64,000 bases of DNA from Candidatus Poribacteria bacterium (GTDB taxonomy: Bacteria; Poribacteria; WGA-4E; WGA-3G): the NCBI GenBank assembly GCA_022821065.1, contig JAJEEK010000079.1:12839-76838 (forward strand), written 5' to 3'. The notes under the pieces were generated by a model. That model saw nothing but the letters and a program-made list of their open reading frames with translations, searched no databases and was not told the DNA's origin. How positions within the stretch are numbered: the stretch's first letter is position 1; every line of letters begins with the position of its first letter. Below, piece by piece: positions 36,374-45,871 of this stretch. Made by a program: the position numbers and the translations under genes.

Positions 36374-37513
36374 CTATTCCAGCTCGTCCGCTATTCCTAA
36401 ATCTTTTTCCTCCGCTGCCAGATCCTCTTCAAGTGATTTAACATTCGCTAAAACTGTCGGATGCGGTTCAATCTCGTATACCTTTCGATACATATCGAGT
36501 GCCTTTGCCTTATCACCAAGGAAACTCGCATAGATTTCAGCCATCCGTTCCCACGCGCGTACCTCTTGCGGATCGAGTTCCGAAATGCGTTTGTAAACCT
36601 GAAGCGCGTCACCGTATCCACGCGTTTCGATATCTTCGCGTTCAAGCGCAGACGCACGCGCAAAGAGCAGGCGTACAAGATCCGCGACAACTTCATCCAT
36701 CTCAGGACGCTGCACCAATGCCTGTTCCAATAGGAGAATTGACTCCGATTCGAGACGCGTAACCTCAGCTAAGTCTTCATCCGTGAATTCACGATCTAAG
36801 AATTGATAGTTCTGTAGCATTTTAGCGTACGTTCTTGATAACTGTAGGCGAGCAAGGATACCGATAGGCGATTTTTCGGATGCAACATCTCGAAACTCAG
36901 GATCGCTCTCAATTGCCTTTTTATAGTGTACAGCCGCCTCTTCAAGCTGCTTGTTACCGTGATAGAGGACGCCGAGGCGATAATGTGCCTCAGCGTTGTT
37001 GGGATCGCTTTCAATCACGGCAAGGAATTCTTCTGTCGCTTGTGCTAACAACACATCATCTAAGGCATCCTCGCTAAGGAGTCTACCGCGTAAGAGGCGA
37101 ACATCAACGTGATCCGGTTGAATACGGGCGGCATGCTCCAGACGTGCCCGCGCATCTTTTGACCAATTGCTTTGTGAATAGATTTCCGAGATACGGAGAT
37201 TCGCATGTAAACTGATTGCACCTGCTGTCTGTGGCACGCCGCCTACAGAGATTACTTGCTCCTTCTCAACTGCGTCTAACGCCTGTAACGCTTGCCAGTA
37301 ATAGAGCGCAGCATCGACAAGGTCCTGTTGCGCAAAGCGTGTGTCTGCCTGCTCAATGAAGTTTCCGACCTCTGAAAGCGGCGGTGGCAGGGGTTCAGCA
37401 CTGCCGCGACGGATATAAAACGCTGCAAGCACAATAAAACCGATGATCGCCAAAACCTCTGCATAGATGAGCCAATTACGTAAGGAAAATAGGGATTTTG
37501 CGTTGAATGACAT
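36374..37513 (-). CDS. membrane-anchored TPR-repeat protein
   Basis: N-terminal transmembrane segment (LIYAEVLAIIGFIVLAAFYI) followed by several TPR-like repeats. Confidence 0.5.
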   Translation of the reverse strand: MSFNAKSLFSLRNWLIYAEVLAIIGFIVLAAFYIRRGSAEPLPPPLSEVGNFIEQADTRFAQQDLVDAALYYWQALQALDAVEKEQVISVGGVPQTAGAISLHANLRISEIYSQSNWSKDARARLEHAARIQPDHVDVRLLRGRLLSEDALDDVLLAQATEEFLAVIESDPNNAEAHYRLGVLYHGNKQLEEAAVHYKKAIESDPEFRDVASEKSPIGILARLQLSRTYAKMLQNYQFLDREFTDEDLAEVTRLESESILLLEQALVQRPEMDEVVADLVRLLFARASALEREDIETRGYGDALQVYKRISELDPQEVRAWERMAEIYASFLGDKAKALDMYRKVYEIEPHPTVLANVKSLEEDLAAEEKDLGIADELE

Positions 37514-37555
37514 GCTGTCTCCTTTGTGCGAATCCGAAGTGCAATGTGTTAAAAC

Positions 37556-39406
37556 CTACTGCCTACCGCTCTCAATTTCGTCAAGAATACCGAGCATTTC
37601 CTCTGCATCGACAAATCCGGTGAATCGCTTGAGAACAGTCTCATCAGCATCCAAGAAAATGACAACCGGCAATCCCGGAATCTGATACTTCTCGGTCAAT
37701 GCCTTCGTCGTTTCAGAGGTACGCGTAAAGTCTAACTTGACGTTAACGTAATCGTCCAGCCTGGCGGCGACGGCAGGATCCGCATAAGTCTGGTGATCAA
37801 GTTCGTTACACGCGGCGCACCAAGACGCGTAAAAATCGAGCATGACGAGTTTGTTTTCCCGCTGAGCGATTTCAAATCCTTCGGCTTCATCGGAAACCCA
37901 ATCCAAATGGGGTCCAGCAGGTTGCTGGATACCACCAACAAACATATAGGCACCAATGACTGCCAACAAGAGACCACACGCTTTTTGGAACTGCATCCGC
38001 GCAGAGATACCACTGAAGCGTTGTGTTAGTTTACCGAGCCAGAGTCCGACAAGCACCAAACCGCCAGCGATGGCAAAGAACGGCAATGAGTTTTGCAAGA
38101 AATCCTGTAACGGTGGGAATACATCTTTGAGAAAGTAGAGTGCCATTGTAATAATCGCGATGCCAAAAATGTTCTCCAAAATATACATCCACCCACCCGA
38201 GCGCGGTAAGGCAGAGAGCAATCCAGAGAAGGTACCAATAGCGATGAAGAGTAACCCCATTCCGAGGGCGTAGGTGAACATGAGCCAGAAGCCGAGGAAC
38301 AGGCTTCCCGTTGTTGCAATGTAAGTTAGTACCACCGCCAATGCCGGTCCCGTACAAGGTGCAGCGATCACGCCAGCGACAGTCCCCATAGCGAACGCCC
38401 CCGCAAATCCGGTCCCCCCGACAGTGTTCAGACGATTCTGCACCGAGTGCGGCAGCCGAACCTCAAATACGCCAAACATCGACAGTCCAAGGGCGACGAG
38501 GATTAAAGCGATGAAGCCGACGACCCACGGGTTCGCCATGATCTGACCGAAAACGGCACCGGTTGAGGCGACCGCGACCCCTAAAATCGAATACGTGACA
38601 ACGATTCCGATGACATAGACAACGGAGAGCAGGAAAGATTTGAAAAAGCCAGCAGACTCGTTAGCGCCGAAAATCGAGACTGTGATTGGTATAAGTGGAT
38701 AAACGCAAGGTGTTAAACTCGTCAGAATCCCGCCAGCAAACACAAGGAGGAACGCGAGCCAAACCCGTCCGCCGGAGAGCGCACGTGCAAGGGTGCCTTC
38801 GTCACTTGTAGAACTTGATGAAGCACCGAAGTCAATATTAGCGAAAACCGATTCGTTAATCCGTTGAACCACCTGCTCTATACCGACGACCTCAAGCGGT
38901 ATTGAAAAATTAAGAACCTCAGGTAACAAACACTGCTCATCATTACACGCCTGATATTGGAGTTGGAAATCCAACGTGTCAGATCTAATTGGGGCAGACT
39001 GGCTTAAGTCTGCTTGGATACCGATGGTGATCGTGTCGTGATAGACAGGGGCTTCCCCGATGGATCCGAGCTGCAATATGTCCCCTTCTGGATATACAAC
39101 CTCTCCGAAAGTGAGATGCGACACATCGGGCAAGGTGATTTCAATCGGGATAAGTCCCTCTTTCGCTGGGTTCGCGTTGACGTGCCACCCCTCAGCAATC
39201 TCTACGACGACAGCGATCTGGAATTGACTTCCCGGTTGTACTTTGTTAACAGAGAGGTAACCTTTCGCAGAGAGTTTCTCAACTGCGGGTTGCGCGCCGA
39301 GTCCGAAATCTGCCAACTGCGCCTGTACGTGTATCGGGAAACACAACGCGATGACTGTTAACAGACTACAGAACAGGTATTTATGAAGTTCAACGGTTTT
39401 TGACAT
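37556..39406 (-). CDS. dsbD: thiol:disulfide interchange protein DsbD (protein-disulfide reductase)
   Basis: Signal peptide and N-terminal DsbD-alpha-like domain, a central polytopic CcdA-like core with Cys residues, and a C-terminal thioredoxin WCAACNE motif. Confidence 0.7.
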   Translation of the reverse strand: MSKTVELHKYLFCSLLTVIALCFPIHVQAQLADFGLGAQPAVEKLSAKGYLSVNKVQPGSQFQIAVVVEIAEGWHVNANPAKEGLIPIEITLPDVSHLTFGEVVYPEGDILQLGSIGEAPVYHDTITIGIQADLSQSAPIRSDTLDFQLQYQACNDEQCLLPEVLNFSIPLEVVGIEQVVQRINESVFANIDFGASSSSTSDEGTLARALSGGRVWLAFLLVFAGGILTSLTPCVYPLIPITVSIFGANESAGFFKSFLLSVVYVIGIVVTYSILGVAVASTGAVFGQIMANPWVVGFIALILVALGLSMFGVFEVRLPHSVQNRLNTVGGTGFAGAFAMGTVAGVIAAPCTGPALAVVLTYIATTGSLFLGFWLMFTYALGMGLLFIAIGTFSGLLSALPRSGGWMYILENIFGIAIITMALYFLKDVFPPLQDFLQNSLPFFAIAGGLVLVGLWLGKLTQRFSGISARMQFQKACGLLLAVIGAYMFVGGIQQPAGPHLDWVSDEAEGFEIAQRENKLVMLDFYASWCAACNELDHQTYADPAVAARLDDYVNVKLDFTRTSETTKALTEKYQIPGLPVVIFLDADETVLKRFTGFVDAEEMLGILDEIESGRQ

Positions 39407-39420
39407 ACGATTCTCCTCAA

Positions 39421-41076
39421 CTACCGCGGCTCAAGTACGACGCAGGGCAAGATCATCTCTTCAAGTGAAACACCACCGTGTTGGAAACTGCCTTGGAATA
39501 TTTCCTTATAGACACTGAACTGCCTGTCATAAACGAAGTAGTAGTCCTCTTTCGCGAGGACATAGTTCTTACGTGTTGATTCGCCGGGTAAGCGATACGC
39601 CTCTGGGTTATCTATAATCCATCCGGCTTCAGGGGCACACGAAATGTTTCTACCTTCTTTAAACCGAAGTCCAGTTGTGAGTTCCGCTTGGCTCGAAACC
39701 TTCGCCGCATTCTGACAGCGCAGCGAACCGTGGTCAGACGTTAAAATAATGGTGATACCGCGCTCCGCAGCGATCCTGAATATTTCGTAGAGGCGTGAAT
39801 GCCGGAACCATGCATGCACGAGTGATCGGAACGCCGCTTCGTCCGGGATAAGCTGCCGAAGCAAATCTACCTCATATCGCGAATGTGTCAGCATATCAAG
39901 AAAATCGACAACGAGCGCAGTCAAACTAACCCTGTCGGTAATGTTCAACCAATGTAGATACTGCATCTCGCCTCGCACATCAAAAATTTTGAAGTAATGC
40001 AAAGGCGGTTTCAAGGGTATGCCGTGCCTCTCAAATTGCAAGCGCAGGAGTTGTTTCTCATGGCGGTTAATGCTCGTGTGCGTGTTATCTGGCTCGGCGT
40101 ATAGGTCTGGATACCTCTCAGCGAGTTCAAGCGGAAACAATCCACTAAAAATAGCATTGCGCGCGTAACGCGTTGCTGTCGGCACAATGGAGTAGTAATA
40201 ATCACGCCTTATGTCAAACAGTGGATAGAGCAACGGCTCAATTTTCAGCCAGTGGTCGAGCCGCATGCAATCCATAACGACAAACAGAACCTGCTTTCCT
40301 GCTTGAATTTCAGGGATGACATATTTGTAGACAATGTCCACGGAGAGTGTGGGCGACGCTTTACCGACAAGCCAGTGTCTGTAGCTATCCTGAACATAGT
40401 CAGCGAACCCAGTGTTTGCCTCCTGCCTCTCCGTCTCGTGGACAGTTTTAAGGTCTTCAACGTTGTAAAGTGAATCCAACTGTAGGTCCCATTCAATGAG
40501 ACGAACATAAGTATCAACCCACTCCTGCCAATCACCGCCGGAATCGCTCCGTTGCGTTTCCGAATCCGAACTGTTCGCCTGATTGAAGTTTTGGACATAA
40601 GCTTGCGGTGTATAAACCTCCCGAACGCTCTGTTTTTTAAGCAAAAAAGCGAGTGATGATGCCAGCTGCCTTGAAGAAATTTCGATCTGTGCTTTTTCCG
40701 ACATAATGAAGATATAGCCGACATCATAAAGACTTGCTTGTTGCATGACCTCATGTTCATCCTTGTCCGTTAGCAGGATGATGGGAATATGGGCATCTAT
40801 TTTCCGAACACGCGCAAGTAGATTACTCTCTGGTATCGCCGCCTCATAATTCAGTAGGACAGCATGATAGATCGCGTCTTTGAGTAAGGTAATGCCTTCA
40901 GCAGGCGTATCTGCTAATGATACATCATACCCTTCGTACTCTAATAAGCGAACATACGGTTTCGGCGTTATATACTTTTCTCTTTTAAGGGACGAATCTT
41001 CAGGTTGTCCAATAGATTGTGCTACATCAGTTATCTGATTATCAATCCACAGAATCCTCCATCTTCTTTCTTCCAT
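39421..41076 (-). CDS. PorX-like regulator: degenerate CheY-like receiver domain plus PglZ (alkaline-phosphatase superfamily) domain
   Basis: N-terminal RILWIDNQ...AVLLNYEAAIPES...IILLTDKDE has a receiver-like layout. In the C-terminal region, VMDCMRLDHW...ILTSDHGS is typical of PglZ. Confidence 0.45.
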   Translation of the reverse strand: MEERRWRILWIDNQITDVAQSIGQPEDSSLKREKYITPKPYVRLLEYEGYDVSLADTPAEGITLLKDAIYHAVLLNYEAAIPESNLLARVRKIDAHIPIILLTDKDEHEVMQQASLYDVGYIFIMSEKAQIEISSRQLASSLAFLLKKQSVREVYTPQAYVQNFNQANSSDSETQRSDSGGDWQEWVDTYVRLIEWDLQLDSLYNVEDLKTVHETERQEANTGFADYVQDSYRHWLVGKASPTLSVDIVYKYVIPEIQAGKQVLFVVMDCMRLDHWLKIEPLLYPLFDIRRDYYYSIVPTATRYARNAIFSGLFPLELAERYPDLYAEPDNTHTSINRHEKQLLRLQFERHGIPLKPPLHYFKIFDVRGEMQYLHWLNITDRVSLTALVVDFLDMLTHSRYEVDLLRQLIPDEAAFRSLVHAWFRHSRLYEIFRIAAERGITIILTSDHGSLRCQNAAKVSSQAELTTGLRFKEGRNISCAPEAGWIIDNPEAYRLPGESTRKNYVLAKEDYYFVYDRQFSVYKEIFQGSFQHGGVSLEEMILPCVVLEPR

Positions 41077-41239
41077 GTTAAACCCCCTCTTTGTAATGTA
41101 GGTTTACAAACCTACATCTTGATGAAACCGACAACTCGCCCATTGCCAGACGTTTTCGGGGTGAACCGTTAGATACCTCTGAACAAAAAATAGATATACT
41201 ATGGAACAGTAGAATAAAAAAATTCACGAATAAAAAACA

Positions 41240-42574
41240 TTAAATACTTGAAACGAATCTCCCAGGATTCAACAAACCGCTCGGATCAAATCTAACTTTA
41301 ACCTGCTTCATTAAACTGGTCGCATCTCCAAAGGAACCCCAGACATCAATATTCTGTTTGAGTTCAGATGGTGCGTTCTCTACAATCAGGTTACCGCCCG
41401 CTTCCATTGCAGATTGGCGCAGCTGTGTAAGTCTCTCTGCAAGTCCTTGGAAGTCTGTGTCGGATGTTACCGGAACGGCGAGATATAATACGCCACTCCC
41501 GAGGAGTGTCATGACCTGTACATCATGATCTGCATTTTCGTTAGCAACCTGCAGCGCAAATTTGGCGATATCAGTGCGTTTCAGGTTTAGTTTAACGATT
41601 ACCCTTTCGGCATTTGCAGCGAATTCTCGAACATCTCTATGAAGGTGTCGTTGCAATTCGCCTTCAGTAATTGTGACACCCAATGCGCCATTTTGTTCCA
41701 TAATTCCTTGACCTTGTTCCAATTGCCAAGCCACGGTTTCCGGGTCGCCACCGAACCCAACAACAAGGGTCGGTCTTTTCGCATCTATCGCGCCACCGGC
41801 TTCAAAATTGATAAGTAGGTTTACAAACATCGGTAGCATCTGCGAACCGACAACGTTTAAACCGGTGTTAACAGCATCCTGCACGTTCTCGAAACTTGCT
41901 GTAAGTATCGCTTCCTGCACCGGAATCGGAGACAACTTAAGCGTCACTTCGGTAACAATGCCGAGCGTTCCAAACGCCCCGATATAGAGTTTGTTCAGAT
42001 CATAACCCGCAACATTCTTTACAACTTTACCGCCACTTTTGACGATAGTGCCGTTGGTGTGAACGACCTGCAAACCTAAAACTTGATTCCGAGCAGTTCC
42101 ATGCCGTAGACGCAGGGATCCACTTGCGTTTGCCGAAACGATACCACCGATGGTACATCGATCCGAGTACGGTGGATCCAACGGAAGAAGTTGGCGATGC
42201 TGTGCCAACTCGGCTTGCAAAGTGGCTAAACGGATACCGGCTTCTACAGTGACGGTCAGATCCGCCGGTTCGTACTCTACCACACTATTTAGACGGGTTG
42301 TTGATAGCACAATGTCCACTTTCGTCGGAAGATTCCCGATACCGAGCTTCGTACCTGTACCTGCAGGGATAACCGATAAATTCTCTTTCGCCGCGAATCG
42401 GAGAACATCTTGTATCTCTTGAACGGAGGCAGGCAAAACGACTGTCTTCGGAACATATCCATCAAATGTGTAATCGGCAATCCGCACTTCTGGCAGGATA
42501 CCGGTTTCTCCAACAATACCTTCAAGTTCATCGTGCAGGGCACGCGAATTTTCCATGTATCTCTCTTTCTTCAT
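41240..42574 (-). CDS. FAD-binding oxidoreductase, glycolate oxidase subunit GlcE-like
   Basis: FAD-binding PCMH-type domain (IPAGTGTKLGIGN...VKNVAGYDL) and a length of 444 aa. Confidence 0.55.
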   Translation of the reverse strand: MKKERYMENSRALHDELEGIVGETGILPEVRIADYTFDGYVPKTVVLPASVQEIQDVLRFAAKENLSVIPAGTGTKLGIGNLPTKVDIVLSTTRLNSVVEYEPADLTVTVEAGIRLATLQAELAQHRQLLPLDPPYSDRCTIGGIVSANASGSLRLRHGTARNQVLGLQVVHTNGTIVKSGGKVVKNVAGYDLNKLYIGAFGTLGIVTEVTLKLSPIPVQEAILTASFENVQDAVNTGLNVVGSQMLPMFVNLLINFEAGGAIDAKRPTLVVGFGGDPETVAWQLEQGQGIMEQNGALGVTITEGELQRHLHRDVREFAANAERVIVKLNLKRTDIAKFALQVANENADHDVQVMTLLGSGVLYLAVPVTSDTDFQGLAERLTQLRQSAMEAGGNLIVENAPSELKQNIDVWGSFGDATSLMKQVKVRFDPSGLLNPGRFVSSI

Positions 42575-42683
42575 TGCTATGTTTCCGATTTATTGGTAAG
42601 AATCCGTATCTCAAATCCTTCAATCTGTTCAACTTGCCCCGGTTGAACAGGGCCTTGGTAGATAGGCGAATCTTCTAAACTTT

Positions 42684-42818
42684 TCACCTCTGTTCGAGTA
42701 AAGACAGCCGCGAATTAACTTTTCCGAACTCCCGAACAACCCATATTATACCGCCTATTATAGCGAGGAATATTGGCACTCCTGCTGCAATTAAGGTAGC
42801 TATTACACCTGTCTCCAT
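42684..42818 (-). CDS. possible 44-aa single-pass membrane peptide (not in the ORF track)
   Basis: The ATG at 42818 is preceded by GGAGGG. Translation: METGVIATLIAAGVPIFLAIIGGIIWVVREFGKVNSRLSLLEQR. It lies between the 108-aa gene and glcE-like. Confidence 0.25.
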   Translation of the reverse strand: METGVIATLIAAGVPIFLAIIGGIIWVVREFGKVNSRLSLLEQR

Positions 42819-42820
42819 CG

Positions 42821-43147
42821 CTATCCCTCCACATTAATTTCGTCAAGACTGAGGTTGATTCGTCTCGTCCAGTACTCTCCCGACTTGCTATCAAGATATT
42901 CCATTTTGTCACCCGTACTCGAAATGCTGCCATCAGTATCAAATTTATTTCCTAATGCAGAACCAAAAGTGTCAATAAATCGCTCATAACTGTGCGTAGG
43001 AATGACAGGTACCTTGTCTGCTTTCGTAATAATAATGCGAACCGAGAATTCATTCCCACTGACATGTTCAACAGATTCAACTTCAGTGCCATCTTGCAGT
43101 AAATCTCGGATAGCATTGATAATCTCATCTTTAGAATAGGTTTTCAT
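42821..43147 (-). CDS. hypothetical 108-aa protein inserted between glcD-like and glcE-like
   Basis: ORF with tight coupling: its start is 1 nt after the glcD stop. No recognisable motif. Confidence 0.4.
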   Translation of the reverse strand: MKTYSKDEIINAIRDLLQDGTEVESVEHVSGNEFSVRIIITKADKVPVIPTHSYERFIDTFGSALGNKFDTDGSISSTGDKMEYLDSKSGEYWTRRINLSLDEINVEG

Positions 43148-44581
43148 TTAGAAATTCCTCACTATATTGGGTTCCAAACCTAATTTTGCATACGATTCAG
43201 CGGTCGGAAAAATCTTCCCCGGATTGCATAGACCCGTCGGATTAAAAATATTCTTAACCGTCGCCATCACCTGCAGATCAGCCGGACTGAAGATGAGAGG
43301 CATGTAATCCATCTTCTCAACGCCGATACCGTGTTCTCCTGTGATTGTGCCACCGACCTCAGCGCATACGGTGAGTATCTCCATGTTCACATGTTCCACG
43401 CGCTCACACTGGTCGGCATCACGTTCGTTAAAGAGGACAATCGGATGGATATTGCCGTCGCCCGCATGAAAAACATTTGCAATCGGAATCTGATATTTTT
43501 CGGAGATTTCAGATATCCGCCGTAGTACCTTCGGCAGTGTTGTCCGCGGCACAACACCATCTTGGGTGATATAGTTCGGGGCGAGCCGTCCGAATGAACC
43601 GAATGCACTTTTCCGCGCTTTCCATAGCTCCTGCCGCTCCGTTTCATCTTTGGCATAATCCACTTGCCGCGCGTTGTGCTGTTTAAAAATCTCCAAAATC
43701 TGATCCGTCTGGTTCTGCATCCCCGCCTCAATCCCGTCAAGCTCTACAATCAAGATGGCTTCGGCATCGAGCGGAAAACCGAACGCAAACGCTTCTTCCA
43801 AAGCACGAATGACAAGGCTATCCATCATTTCGAGTGCTGCAGGGATGATCCCTTCACCGATAATCGTCGAAACGGCGTTTGAGGCATCGTCCATCGTTTC
43901 AAAGATAGCGAGTGCTGTCTGATAGGCTTGCGGATTGCGCGTGAGACGGACAACCGCTTTTGTCACAATCCCAAACGTGCCTTCCGAACCGATCATCACA
44001 CCGCGCAGGTCGTAACCCGGTGTTTCCTCAACAGTCCCGCCCAATTCAATGATCTCGCCGTCGGGTAGAACAACCTCCAACCCGAGCACATGGTCAGACG
44101 TAACGCCGTATTTCAAGGTATGCGGTCCACCAGAATTTTCGGCGATATTCCCACCTATTGTGCATGCCTTTTGGCTTGACGGATCCGGGGCGTAGTGGTA
44201 GCCTCGGTTTTGTACAGCTTGTGTCAATAATAGGTTCACAACCCCCGGTTCAACCACCGCTCTTTCGTTTTCAAGGTCTATCTCTAAGATGCGATCCATC
44301 CGGTTCAGGGCGATGATGATCCCGCCTTGAACAGAGAGCATACCACCACTTAAACCTGTTCCGCCACCGCGTGCGATAAACGGTGCGTCATACTTGTTCG
44401 CTAACTTTACGATATCCGAAACCTGCTGTGCTGTATCTGCAAAGACAACTACATCCGGCATTGCCTTAAAAGAGGGGGCAGCGTCGCATTCATAAACGGA
44501 CAGCTCAGTGGCATCTGTCAATACATTTTTAGCTCCGAGAAGTGCAGAAAGATCCGCAATAAGTTGTTCTTTTTCGCGCAT
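43148..44581 (-). CDS. glcD: FAD-linked oxidase, glycolate oxidase subunit GlcD / D-lactate dehydrogenase-like
   Basis: RGGGTGLSGG FAD-binding motif, a C-terminal 4Fe-less VAO-type domain and HAGDGN.H, typical of GlcD. Confidence 0.65.
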   Translation of the reverse strand: MREKEQLIADLSALLGAKNVLTDATELSVYECDAAPSFKAMPDVVVFADTAQQVSDIVKLANKYDAPFIARGGGTGLSGGMLSVQGGIIIALNRMDRILEIDLENERAVVEPGVVNLLLTQAVQNRGYHYAPDPSSQKACTIGGNIAENSGGPHTLKYGVTSDHVLGLEVVLPDGEIIELGGTVEETPGYDLRGVMIGSEGTFGIVTKAVVRLTRNPQAYQTALAIFETMDDASNAVSTIIGEGIIPAALEMMDSLVIRALEEAFAFGFPLDAEAILIVELDGIEAGMQNQTDQILEIFKQHNARQVDYAKDETERQELWKARKSAFGSFGRLAPNYITQDGVVPRTTLPKVLRRISEISEKYQIPIANVFHAGDGNIHPIVLFNERDADQCERVEHVNMEILTVCAEVGGTITGEHGIGVEKMDYMPLIFSPADLQVMATVKNIFNPTGLCNPGKIFPTAESYAKLGLEPNIVRNF

Positions 44582-44815
44582 AGTCTATTTCCTTTCGAGG
44601 CATGATTATGATTTACAACTTTATGTTACATTACCATAATTTCGATTGAATGTCCAGTCAGAAATGTAATCAGTAAACCAGAAAATTTTCGTTCTGTAAT
44701 TTCCTTTGTAGAATAGTAGATAAGATGTTATAATTAAATTAGCCACTGAATTGAAGTAACTCAGTGAAACCAATAAATTTCTTAACATTCTGATACATCC
44801 CCTCGGGGTCGTAAA

Positions 44816-45610
44816 GTGAAGGAGATAAGGATGCGAAAGTTGATATTGATTTTAGCAGTCACTTGTGTATTCGCTTGGGTGCTACCACAAACCGCTCCCG
44901 CTGATGTTGATCCTGAAACAGCAGTCGGTGTTTGGTTGTTCGATGAAGGTGGTGGCAATGAAACGAAAGACACCTCAGGAAACGACCATGATGGAACAAT
45001 CAACGGTGCTAAATGGAAAGACGGTAAATTTGGAAAAGCACTTGAGTTTGATGGTGGGCAGTGGGTCTCAATTGAGTCAACACCAGAATTACAAGCTGGT
45101 GAAGAACTTACCATGATGGCATGGTTTTTTGCCACAGATATTGGAGATTGGCGGCAACTCATTGCGAAAAGCGACGAATATCTCCTACGGATTGACCCGC
45201 CCCAGGAAGGCAATAGAATGTCAGCATTTGTCAAACCTGGCGGCAGCTGGGAACCGAGAGCTTCTGCTAATGTTCCCGATGAAGACACATGGATCCACTT
45301 CGCAGCGACGTACGACAGCAACGAGAAGGCTGAACAACTCGTTGTGTATGTGAACGGCGAACGTGCTGGCGCGAGCACACGTCCCGGAGATATTGCTGTA
45401 ACTGGAAACGCTGTCGAAATCGGTAGATGGGGTGGTGGTTCATACTTCGTCGGTATCATTGATGAAGCCGCTATTTTCAACGTCGTCCTCAGCGAAGACG
45501 ATCTGAAAACCATCATGGAGCACGGGTTATCAGATACACTCGGTGGGTTGGCTGTCGCACCCACAAACAAATTAGCGACGACATGGGCAACCCTTAAAGC
45601 AGAGCGGTAA
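44816..45610 (+). CDS. secreted LamG/concanavalin-A-like lectin-fold protein with the conserved C-terminal tail
   Basis: Signal peptide. VGVWLFDEGGGNETKDTSGNDHDGTINGAKWKDGKFGKALEFDG is a classic Laminin_G_3 N-terminal pattern. The C-terminus is LAVAPTNKLATTWATLKAER. Confidence 0.55.
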   Translation: MKEIRMRKLILILAVTCVFAWVLPQTAPADVDPETAVGVWLFDEGGGNETKDTSGNDHDGTINGAKWKDGKFGKALEFDGGQWVSIESTPELQAGEELTMMAWFFATDIGDWRQLIAKSDEYLLRIDPPQEGNRMSAFVKPGGSWEPRASANVPDEDTWIHFAATYDSNEKAEQLVVYVNGERAGASTRPGDIAVTGNAVEIGRWGGGSYFVGIIDEAAIFNVVLSEDDLKTIMEHGLSDTLGGLAVAPTNKLATTWATLKAER

Positions 45611-45871
45611 TTCTAATTTCCCCAGACCCGGTAGGCGCGGTTTGAAACCGGGGTCCCCACCCGTTACTGGGAAGGGGCGCCGGACTTCGCTAATGAATTA
45701 CCGAATTATTTTTTTATTTTCATGGAATTGTAGAATCTACTATAGTTTGTATCGTATGCTGTACGAACTAACTGAATGAATAGTGTTTCCGGTTGTAATA
45801 GTAACAAAATTGAAGACACCTTCTAAGAAACCCACTGTTTTAACGGTGGGTGTATGTCATGGAGGATTACT

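Noticed and set aside
36100-36380. Possible integration hotspot or mobile element next to the tRNA-Phe/tRNA-Thr pair
   Set aside because: No integrase, recombinase, attachment-site direct repeats or compositional shift flank the tRNAs. The neighbouring genes are dnaN and DsbD/TPR housekeeping genes.
44782-45570. 262-aa minus-strand ORF antisense to the LamG-like gene
   Set aside because: Its composition is Ser/Pro/Ala-rich and low in complexity, with no RBS. The plus-strand ORF has a signal peptide and clear LamG motifs, so this is a shadow ORF.
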